A stretch of DNA of 64,000 nt from Pseudomonadales bacterium (GTDB lineage: Bacteria > Pseudomonadota > Gammaproteobacteria > Pseudomonadales > JANQJO01). The translations under genes and the position numbers were made by a program. This document shows positions 56,763 to 64,000 of this stretch, in pieces (within the stretch, counting starts at the first letter, position 1; each line of letters starts with the position of its first letter). The DNA lies in NCBI GenBank assembly GCA_028281605.1, contig JANQJO010000079.1, forward strand, positions 39,256-103,255, written 5' to 3'. The notes beneath the pieces were generated by a model. The model was not told where the DNA came from, searched no databases, and saw only the letters and a list, made by a program, of their open reading frames with translations.

Positions 56763-57635
56763 CTAGCGTTTGAATGAAGTCTTGTTGATTACTTTTTCTG
56801 CTGTTAGAAGTGGTTTGCTGGATAGATGCTTTTTCCAGGCAAATTCTACTATTAAGCTGTTGCGCTTGGTTTTTTTTCTGAAAGGTTTGATGCTTTTTAA
56901 GTTGACTCCAGCTCGCATGAGTGTGAGCGCTATGACTTTTACATCGTAAGGCTTTACTCGAGACCCTACGTTCAGCAAATTGGCTCTTGCTAGTTTTGGT
57001 CGTTCTAAGGGTGGGAGGAATTTTGATTGTCTCTCAAAGTTTAAGGAAATTTTTATGTCTTCTGAGTCTGTTTCTTCTTCGTCTTTTGCTTTGTTTTCCT
57101 CGTCATTGTTTTTGGAGTTTGAATCACCAAACATGTTATGATAATAGGCTTTGTAACCTCGGCTTTCTAATAGTTGAGTAATGAGCGGTTGATTAATTTC
57201 TTCTGGGATACGATACACTTCAACGTTGGTTTTAATTCTTACATCAATATTATTTTCTAACAGTTCAATTAATGCTTGGTTGGCTGTGCTCATGTGTTGA
57301 AATAAGGGGTTTTGTAAGCTCATGCCGGCATGTGTGGCTTTTTGGAGAAAATTGCTTGTGGCATCTGGGTCGACTTTCGCTTGCTGAGCAAGAAGCAGTT
57401 GTTTGGCAATATTTTGTTTGAGAAATAATTCTTGATCGTCTATTTTAGCAAGGAGCTGATTGTGGTCTTCTCCCAATTGATGGCTTAGGTACAGTTGGCT
57501 TACTAGGACGATTAAACTAATTAGGGCTATCGCAGTTGCACCGATCCAGCCTTTGGGGCTTTTGATATCTATGAATAGAAAGCCTAAGCAAATTAAAAAC
57601 AGTAATAATGGTAATATATACAATAATGAATTCAT
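56763..57635 (-). CDS. Hypothetical membrane protein (two N-terminal TM segments, acidic internal tract)
   Basis: 290-aa ORF with no family recognised. Confidence 0.45.
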   Translation of the reverse strand: MNSLLYILPLLLFLICLGFLFIDIKSPKGWIGATAIALISLIVLVSQLYLSHQLGEDHNQLLAKIDDQELFLKQNIAKQLLLAQQAKVDPDATSNFLQKATHAGMSLQNPLFQHMSTANQALIELLENNIDVRIKTNVEVYRIPEEINQPLITQLLESRGYKAYYHNMFGDSNSKNNDEENKAKDEEETDSEDIKISLNFERQSKFLPPLERPKLARANLLNVGSRVKPYDVKVIALTLMRAGVNLKSIKPFRKKTKRNSLIVEFAWKKHLSSKPLLTAEKVINKTSFKR

Positions 57636-57818
57636 CTAAGGTGATATGATGCCTGCAACTCGTTTACGTTTAGATTAGAGAGTTTCTTAGATAACTATAG
57701 AACATATACTTATCACAGACGAATTTTAGGTATTGGTATGCTACCTTAATGATTCTCAGCAGTTTATGGTGGCTGGCGTCTTGCTATGTTTGGGTGGTGT
57801 TGCCCAATATTGTGTCTT

Positions 57819-58286
57819 TTAAAGCATTTGGCTTTGTAGGTAATTGTGTATCCCTACTTGATTGATCAGTTCAAGTTGTGTTTCTATCCAGTCGGTGTGC
57901 TCTTCTTCGCTCTTTAAGATATCTTGGAGTATATCTCGGCTGACATAGTCTTTAAGGGCTTCACATTCAGTAATAGCTGCTTGCAATGTTGGTATTGCTG
58001 CAAGTTCTAATTTTAAGTCACACTCAAGCATTTCTTTTGGATCTTCTCCGATCATTAGTTTGCCTAGATCTTGGAGATTGGGTAGACCCTCTAAAAATAG
58101 AACGCGTTCGGTTAATATGTCCGCATGCTTCATTTCATCAATGGATTCTTTGTGGACTAAATCAGCTAGGCGTTTAAAGCCCCAGTTTTGGAGCATTTTT
58201 GCGTGAAGAAAATATTGATTAATGGCTATTAGTTCGTTGCCAAGAACAGCATTGAGGTGTTTGATGATTTTTGCGTCACCCTTCAT
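57819..58286 (-). CDS. bfr: Bacterioferritin
   Basis: [31 protein letters not shown]... 155 aa with ferroxidase-centre E/H pattern. Confidence 0.95.
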   Translation of the reverse strand: MKGDAKIIKHLNAVLGNELIAINQYFLHAKMLQNWGFKRLADLVHKESIDEMKHADILTERVLFLEGLPNLQDLGKLMIGEDPKEMLECDLKLELAAIPTLQAAITECEALKDYVSRDILQDILKSEEEHTDWIETQLELINQVGIHNYLQSQML

Positions 58287-58446
58287 TACCAGTATTCCTC
58301 GTTATAGGTTTTAAATAAACAAAAGTGTCTCCTATCTTAACTGGAAAATGCTTTTACGTCACTATAGTGTTATTTTCATATTCTAGGAGATCTGATTGGT
58401 ATTCGATTGTTTTGTTGTAATGATGAGTATGGTTTGAGTGAGTGTT

Positions 58447-58629
58447 TTATTTCTGCTTATTTTTATTTTCTAAGTCTCGTAAAAGTGATTTGGCGTGGGG
58501 GACACATTTGCCGCACTGTGTGGCAATGCCTAGTTTACAGCATAGATCTTTCATGGAGTGGCACTGCTTTTGTGATATAGCCTGTGCAATATGACGGTTA
58601 GTGATTGCTTTGCAAAGACATATATACAT
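58447..58629 (-). CDS. bfd: Bacterioferritin-associated ferredoxin (2Fe-2S)
   Basis: MYICLCKAITNRHI... and C-terminal CGKCV. The start was moved to the internal Met (58629), the typical Bfd N-terminus. Confidence 0.85.
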   Translation of the reverse strand: MYICLCKAITNRHIAQAISQKQCHSMKDLCCKLGIATQCGKCVPHAKSLLRDLENKNKQK

Positions 58630-58697
58630 AGTAAGATTGGTTCTCATAGTTGTGTTTTTGGATCGACAGATGTATTATCTTTAACCTTATACTGAAT

Positions 58698-58716
58698 GAG
58701 AATGATTGTCAATCAT
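58698..58716. promoter_or_regulatory. Fur-box-like sequence upstream of bfd-bfr
   Basis: GAGAATGATTGTCAATCAT matches 12/19 positions of GATAATGATAATCATTATC. The core TGATTG-T-CAATCA is a perfect 6-1-6 palindrome (58703-58715). Confidence 0.4.
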
Positions 58717-58947
58717 AAAAGTTAATAATTCTGATTTGACTGTGTTGTATTGCATCTATGTTTAAGGGCTTGCTATAAAATTTCACTTGCTAAAGTTATC
58801 AATTTGTGATTTATTGCTATGGCAACGTGCTTACTGCAAATTGAGCACAGTTACTGTGAAAATTCTATCTTTCATGGCTGTTTTAATTATAGAGGTGAGT
58901 TTTCGAGGGTTTGTGGAAGAGATTTAGGTTTAGAGGGGTTGTGAGTC

Positions 58948-59727
58948 ATGGGTGATCGAAATAGTTATTTAGATGGTACTTTCTGTTGGGTTGATTTGGC
59001 AACGACAGATAGCATGGCTGCTAAAGATTTCTATTCACGATTGCTGGGCTGGCGTTTTGAAGATGTGCCTGTTGATCGTGGAGGTGTTTACTCAAAAGCT
59101 TTTTTAGGTGATAAAAAAGTGGCAGCATTATATCAAAATGACTTTGATAAGAACTCCATCCCTTGCTGGCAAAGTTATATCTCGGTCTCTGATGTGGATG
59201 ATATTTGCAAGAAGGCAGGAAGCTTGGGTGGGGCTTTGTTGATGCCTGTTATGGATGTGATGCAAGCTGGGCGTATGGCTGTTATAAAAGACCCTTCAGG
59301 GGCGCATGTGAGTTTCTGGCAGCCGAAGGATCACTTTGGTTCAGAACGCGTTAATGATGCAAGTTGTTTTTGTTGGAATGAACTGTTGACCCGTAATTTG
59401 GCTTTAGCAAAAGACTTTTATAGCAAGTTACTGGGTTGGCAATATGAGGAGCAAGTGAGTCCAGACCCTTATACAGTTATTCTCAATCATGCCAAGATGA
59501 ACGGTGGTATGATGCAAATGCCGCAGGAAATGCCAGTGCATGTACCGCCTTATTGGAATGTGTATTTCAATGTAAGTCATATTGACGATGTGCTTGAAAA
59601 GTTGCAGAAGCTGGGTGGAAAAGTTTGTAATTCTATAATGGATTTACCCGTTGGGCGTATGGCTGTTGTAGAGGATGCTCAAGGAGCTTGTTTTGCATTG
59701 ATAGAGTTGGTCAGTGTAGATAATTGA
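58948..59727 (+). CDS. VOC (glyoxalase/bleomycin-resistance) family protein, two tandem domains
   Basis: Duplicated FYSRLLGWRFE / FYSKLLGWQYE modules. Both halves end with G(R)MAV(I/V)(K/E)D..GA. Confidence 0.75.
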   Translation: MGDRNSYLDGTFCWVDLATTDSMAAKDFYSRLLGWRFEDVPVDRGGVYSKAFLGDKKVAALYQNDFDKNSIPCWQSYISVSDVDDICKKAGSLGGALLMPVMDVMQAGRMAVIKDPSGAHVSFWQPKDHFGSERVNDASCFCWNELLTRNLALAKDFYSKLLGWQYEEQVSPDPYTVILNHAKMNGGMMQMPQEMPVHVPPYWNVYFNVSHIDDVLEKLQKLGGKVCNSIMDLPVGRMAVVEDAQGACFALIELVSVDN

Positions 59728-59771
59728 TTTAAGTTTATTTTCGCTATAAAGTATTAAAGGAGATAGGTACG

Positions 59772-60374
59772 ATGGCAGTATTGGTAGGGCAAGAAGCACC
59801 GGATTTTACAGTGCCTGCTGTTTTGGGTAATGGTGAGATTGTTGATGAGTTTACTTTATTTGAAGCACTTAAAGGAAAGTACGGTTTGCTTTTCTTTTAT
59901 CCCCTGGATTTTACCTTCGTGTGCCCGTCAGAACTGATCGCTTTAGACCATAGAATCGAAGCATTCCAGTCTAGAAATGTCGAAGTGATTGGGGTGTCTG
60001 TGGATTCTCATTTTACTCATAATGCTTGGCGTAATACTCCAGTTGAAAAGGGTGGTATTGGTCCTGTTAAATACACTTTGGCTGCTGATATTGACCATGG
60101 CATTTGTAAGGCTTATGACGTTGAATCTAGCGGTGGGGTGGCCTTTAGAGGTGTGTTTGTGATTGGCCAAGATAGAATTATATATTCTCAAACTGTCAAT
60201 CATTTACCTTTAGGTCGTAATATCGATGAGTTGATTAGAGTGGTTGATGCTTTGCAATTTCATGAGGAGCACGGTGAGGTATGTCCAGCTGGTTGGCAAA
60301 AGGGGGATGAGGGTATGCAGGCTTCTCCGACTGGTGTGGCCAGCTATCTTTCAGAAAATGCTGAAAATCTGTAG
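59772..60374 (+). CDS. ahpC: Typical 2-Cys peroxiredoxin (AhpC/Tsa family)
   Basis: Peroxidatic DFTFVCPSE and resolving EVCPAGW motifs. 200 aa. Confidence 0.9.
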   Translation: MAVLVGQEAPDFTVPAVLGNGEIVDEFTLFEALKGKYGLLFFYPLDFTFVCPSELIALDHRIEAFQSRNVEVIGVSVDSHFTHNAWRNTPVEKGGIGPVKYTLAADIDHGICKAYDVESSGGVAFRGVFVIGQDRIIYSQTVNHLPLGRNIDELIRVVDALQFHEEHGEVCPAGWQKGDEGMQASPTGVASYLSENAENL

Positions 60375-60428
60375 CTGAAAATCTGTACGAGATACGTGTA
60401 AAATTTTAAGAGGGGTGAAAAGATAAAA

Positions 60429-60470
60429 GGAGGGGTGTAATGTCCACCATTCGACCCCTCTTATCGTTAT
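60429..60470. terminator. Possible bidirectional terminator hairpin between convergent genes
   Basis: GAGGGGT (60430-60436) pairs with ACCCCTC (60454-60460) and is followed by TTATCGTTATT. An alternative upstream arm AAGAGGGGT lies at 60408-60416. The loop is long (17 nt). Confidence 0.3.
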
Positions 60471-60475
60471 TAGTG

Positions 60476-60745
60476 TTAGGCTGCCATAGCATGTGCTTGT
60501 TGTAAACATATTAACATGCGCTTATGCGAATTGAGTAATGTAATCATTGTGGGCATGACCAGTTCTTCAGAGCCTTCATTTGTCTGTTTTAGTTTTTCTT
60601 CCATTTTCTTTATTTTGCTTTTTATTTTATGCTCAAGCAGGTCGAACTCGCTGGCTTCCTGCATTAAAGTAGGTGCTTGGTCTAATACATTGCTTTTTAA
60701 TTGATATGATATGTATTGCATAAAAAATCTCCCATCCTCAGCCAC
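60476..60745 (-). CDS. Hypothetical small helical protein
   Basis: 89-aa ORF (start possibly the internal Met MQYISYQL). No family recognised. Confidence 0.35.
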   Translation of the reverse strand: MAEDGRFFMQYISYQLKSNVLDQAPTLMQEASEFDLLEHKIKSKIKKMEEKLKQTNEGSEELVMPTMITLLNSHKRMLICLQQAHAMAA

Positions 60746-61000
60746 TTTCTGTTCGATATATTTAGATAGATGCTTGTGTTAAGTGTTTTTGAAAGTGTTA
60801 ATTTGACTATAGCATTGGGAGTTCATGCTGAAACTGGTAATAGTTACACTCTAAAGTAGTGGATGGTGGTAACTGCTAATTTAGATCGTTAGCTCTTTGT
60901 AACTCATTGATTGTTATGGTTTATTTTGATCTGCGGAGTGTGTCACAGTTTGGCGGTGTATTTTTACCAAAACCATGAATTGTTGGATTTAGGAGGAATA

Positions 61001-61321
61001 GTGTATAAACTGTGTTTTTATGTGCCTGAATCTCATCTGGAGATAGTGAAGAGCGCTCTTTTTGAGGTGGGCGCAGGTCAAATAGGTAATTATGACCAGT
61101 GCTGTTGGCAAACTCTAGGGCAAGGGCAGTATCGTCCATTGCCGGGTGCTGTGCCTTATTTGGGTCAGGTAGGGCAAGAAGAGGCTGAGAGAGTTGATGA
61201 ATATAAAGTCGAGCTGGTGGTAGCTGATGCGTTAGTGCGAAATGTTATTAGTGCCCTTAAAGAAGCCCATCCGTATGAAGAGCCTGCTTATGATGTTTGG
61301 TGTCTTGATTCGCTTTTGTAA
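61001..61321 (+). CDS. YqfO/Nif3-associated C-terminal-domain family protein
   Basis: AGGAGG then GTG 61001 gives VYKLCFYVPESHLEIVKSALFEVGAGQIGNYDQCCWQ...KEAHPYEEPAYDVW, typical of this roughly 105-aa family. The upstream part of ORF 60911 is probably not translated. Confidence 0.75.
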   Translation: MYKLCFYVPESHLEIVKSALFEVGAGQIGNYDQCCWQTLGQGQYRPLPGAVPYLGQVGQEEAERVDEYKVELVVADALVRNVISALKEAHPYEEPAYDVWCLDSLL

Positions 61322-61358
61322 AGTTGCCTTACCTTATTTGCCTTAATGGAAGTTTTTC

Positions 61359-61904
61359 TTATTGGGCTGAAGGTATTCGAATGTCTTCTTTTCGAAAGAT
61401 AAAATTACCTTTAGAGCGGTCTTTTAGAAAGTAAGTTAGCGTTTTGCGTACAGTAGTGAATGCCAGCTCGTCCCACGGAATATCGTCAGGTTTAAATAAG
61501 TCGACTTCTAAACTTTCAGTGCCTGAGCTGTAATGGGTGTCTTTGAGTTTGCCGCGGTAAAAAAAATAGACTTGATTGATGTGAGGTAAGTTAAATAGGC
61601 AATATAAATCGTCTATTGCAATCCTAGCATTGGCTTCTTCGAGTGTTTCCCTTTCTGCAGCTTCCTGTGTGGTTTCATTGTTTTCCATAAAGCCGGCGGG
61701 AAGTGTCCAATAACCTTGGCGAGGCTCAATGGCTCTTTTGCACAGTAAAATGCGATTCTCCCAAAGTGGTAGGCAGCCACAGATAATACGTGGGTTTTGG
61801 TAATGTATAAAGCCACAGTCACAACAGACGTGCCGATATCTGTTGTCACCTGCTGGTATTTTATATTCGACTTTATGGCTGCCGCAGTGGCTGCAGAAGT
61901 TCAT
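61359..61904 (-). CDS. NUDIX hydrolase with N-terminal zinc ribbon
   Basis: CSHCGS...CCDCG zinc-ribbon motifs, and Nudix box GFMENNETTQEAAERETLEEANA. Confidence 0.85.
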   Translation of the reverse strand: MNFCSHCGSHKVEYKIPAGDNRYRHVCCDCGFIHYQNPRIICGCLPLWENRILLCKRAIEPRQGYWTLPAGFMENNETTQEAAERETLEEANARIAIDDLYCLFNLPHINQVYFFYRGKLKDTHYSSGTESLEVDLFKPDDIPWDELAFTTVRKTLTYFLKDRSKGNFIFRKEDIRIPSAQ

Positions 61905-62082
61905 GTTTAACCTTAGTTAACGGGTTAAGTGGATATTTAAAAATAGAGGTGATTATACTGTAAGTTAACGGTGATGTGTGAATTTTAGAGTGAGAAATAA
62001 TTTGTGTAGTAGTTTGAGTGTGTAGAACCCCCTTTTTTTGTTTTGATTGTACAAATTTTAAAGGGGGTAAAAAAGTGTTTTC

Positions 62083-62484
62083 TTATTGAATAGGAAATTC
62101 AATGATATCTGCTCGCTGTTCTTTGGCTATTTGTGTCAGTGTGCTTTGTTCAGTGTTGGTTGAAGTGTTGTCATGGTTTTGACCTTTAACCAGTTTGCGA
62201 ATAGATTGTGTTGGAATGCCTTGAAAGTTGTTTAAAGATTCGCGTAACTGGGTAAAAGATTCGTGCATCATTTGTGATAATTTGATGCATGATGCCATAG
62301 GAGTCTTTGCTCTTCGGCGTTCCATGTCAATTTTAAATTGAAGTCCACGTAGTTTGCGTTGATAGGCCATTGGTGCTTCTGAAATGAGTTGTTCGCACAT
62401 TTCCCTACGTAATTTTTCAAGTGCTTCAGGATTTTCCTTTGCCATTTTAGCCATTTCATCAAAACTTGGAAGAGTTTTTGGCAT
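62083..62484 (-). CDS. DUF3135 family protein
   Basis: LPSFDEMAKMAKENPEALEKLRREMCEQLI...QRKLRGLQFKID pattern. Confidence 0.65.
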   Translation of the reverse strand: MPKTLPSFDEMAKMAKENPEALEKLRREMCEQLISEAPMAYQRKLRGLQFKIDMERRRAKTPMASCIKLSQMMHESFTQLRESLNNFQGIPTQSIRKLVKGQNHDNTSTNTEQSTLTQIAKEQRADIIEFPIQ

Positions 62485-62897
62485 TGTACTACCTCTATTA
62501 GATATGACATGAGTTAATGACTTGCTTACGGTTTTTTTATAGTAGGTGCTGTAAGTTAAGAGATGGTTGCTTATAACACCTTTGTATTTACCGTAATGAT
62601 TGCAATAAACAAAGTTAAGCTAAGATTGTTACTATTTTACCAAGTTTTTGATGGCTCTTAATGTGAACTCTGTTCAGTCATAATGTTTATATCGATCCAA
62701 TCTATGCGATCAATGTCACTATGTTACAGATAATTGATATGCGTTTGAAACCTTGTTTTATTATAAAATTGAGTTATATCTGTGTGTTTTTATGAGTGTT
62801 ATGTAACTGTATAGTGATTTGTTGTAATAAAATAGTCATTTATAGTCAAATAAACCTACCGTAAGTTCCCGCAAATAAATACTGAGGAAGTTGTTAA

Positions 62898-63425
62898 ATG
62901 ATTTATGAGTTAGGTGAGTGTAAGCCAACCTTGGTTGGAAATGAACATTTTATTGCACCTACAGCATCTGTGCTTGGGTCTGTTGTGGTGCAAAATTTAG
63001 TGAGTGTTTGGTTTAATGTTGTGATCAGAGCTGACAATGATTGTATTACGCTCGGTGAACGTACGAATGTACAAGATGGTGCAATTCTGCATACTGATCC
63101 AGGTTATGCTCTAACGTTGGGGCGAGGTGTTACCGTTGGCCACTGTGCTATGCTGCATGGTTGTTGTGTGGGGGATTACTCTTTGATTGGGATTAATGCT
63201 GTTGTTTTAAATGGCGCTCAGATTGGTTCTCATTGTTTGATTGGTGCAAATGCCTTGGTCACTGAGAATCAAAAAATCCCTGAGGGCTCTTTGGTGTTAG
63301 GGTCGCCTGCAAAGGTCGTGAAAAGTTTAAGTGTTGCACAGATAGAGCAGCTTGAGTTGAGTGCAGAGGTGTATGTTGCTAATTTGCGTCGCTATCGTCA
63401 GCAGTTAAATCCTTGTGCTGTATAA
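62898..63425 (+). CDS. Gamma-class carbonic anhydrase-like / hexapeptide-repeat (LbH) protein (YrdA/PaaY-like)
   Basis: [31 protein letters not shown] and hexapeptide repeats. 175 aa. Confidence 0.85.
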   Translation: MIYELGECKPTLVGNEHFIAPTASVLGSVVVQNLVSVWFNVVIRADNDCITLGERTNVQDGAILHTDPGYALTLGRGVTVGHCAMLHGCCVGDYSLIGINAVVLNGAQIGSHCLIGANALVTENQKIPEGSLVLGSPAKVVKSLSVAQIEQLELSAEVYVANLRRYRQQLNPCAV

Positions 63426-64000
63426 GTTTTGCTGTTTTGACAGTGTTGTCTTTGACCTGAACAACTTCAATGCGGTAATTTTCAAGATTTAAGCTGACAG
63501 CAGAATTTGGAATGAACTCTAAGTGCTCGATGATCAAGCCGCTGAGTGTTTTCGGCCCTTGAGTAGGTAAGTGCCATTTGAGTGCTTTGTTGATGCTGCG
63601 GATAGTTGTTGTACCGTCAATAATAAAGGAACCATCTTGCTGGGGGTGAATGTCTTTACTGGAGGCTGCTAAGTCCGTGGTGAACTCTCCGACAATTTCT
63701 TCGAGGATGTCCTCTAAAGTTACCATGCCTTTAACGTCACCATATTCGTCAACAACCAGCCCCAGCCTTCTTTTTGCTTTTTGGAAATTAGACAGCTGAA
63801 TGTGTAAAGGGGTGCCTTCTAGGACAAAGTAGGGCTCGACCGTGTATTGCATCAGGTTGGCACGATTTTTTTCATCGTGTGATGCTAAAAATTGCCCCCA
63901 CTTGCGCATATGTAAAATAGCAATGGGTTTGTTCATGCTGCTTTTAAAGATGGGAATGCGGGTATGTTGACATGAGCGCAGCTGTTGGGCGATTTCGTCA
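63379..64000 (-). CDS. CBS-pair / CorC_HlyC domain protein (CorC/TlyC family), 5'-partial at window edge
   Basis: The reading frame stays open to position 64000 ([18 protein letters not shown]...). [26 protein letters not shown] and a C-terminal transporter-associated domain. Confidence 0.8.
   Translation of the reverse strand, partial: DEIAQQLRSCQHTRIPIFKSSMNKPIAILHMRKWGQFLASHDEKNRANLMQYTVEPYFVLEGTPLHIQLSNFQKAKRRLGLVVDEYGDVKGMVTLEDILEEIVGEFTTDLAASSKDIHPQQDGSFIIDGTTTIRSINKALKWHLPTQGPKTLSGLIIEHLEFIPNSAVSLNLENYRIEVVQVKDNTVKTAKLIQHKDLTADDSDAN

Noticed and set aside
63379-63425. A 47-nt overlap between the 3' ends of the convergent gamma-CA-like and CorC-like genes.
   Set aside because: Both reading frames are well supported up to their stops. 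Convergent 3' overlaps of this size occur naturally, and nothing suggests a frameshift or a special function.

Overview
This is an AT-rich gammaproteobacterial chromosome segment. The backbone is conserved: pyrE-rph, yicC-gmk-rpoZ-spoT-ridA, recD2, SCO/PCuAC, ogt, pgi, yjfLMC, bfd-bfr, ahpC, nudix and corC. Eukaryote-like or host-interaction genes are interspersed (an F-box/LRR protein, a one-repeat ankyrin mini-ORF, a DUF4172-Fic protein). By inference only, these suggest a Legionellales-like host-associated organism. I recognised no rRNA, tRNA, CRISPR array, integrase or transposase. Main candidates, in order of interest: (1) 11416-18478 is a tightly packed seven-gene operon. It encodes an exported vWA domain fused through a TM helix to a cytoplasmic FHA domain, a PP2C phosphatase, a Zn-ribbon-FHA protein, an RD and a non-RD membrane Ser/Thr kinase, and two coiled-coil lipoproteins. 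It resembles the T6SS threonine-phosphorylation pathway or an expanded TerY-P-type module, but no secretion-system genes are in the window, and it sits in an accessory segment next to an inactivated toxin-antitoxin locus. (2) 53470-55856 is an operon of three paralogous small secreted Gly/Ser/Val/Ile-rich proteins, each with a C-terminal Cys pair, followed by a CsgG/HfaB-like lipoprotein channel that carries an extra C-terminal region. (3) 37083-42993 encodes the PEP-CTERM regulators PrsR/PrsK/PrsT with no exosortase in the window, and a lamin-tail-domain protein with a SEP-CTERM-like tail lies at 50242-51117. (4) 31639-33629 pairs a TlpA-like redoxin with a PHM/DBH-type copper monooxygenase that carries a CxxCH haem motif. 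(5) 24596-29648 is a partial pseudaminic-acid-like cluster. Both toxin-antitoxin loci in the window have disrupted toxins. All calls rest on reading the translations and motifs by eye; no database searches were run.
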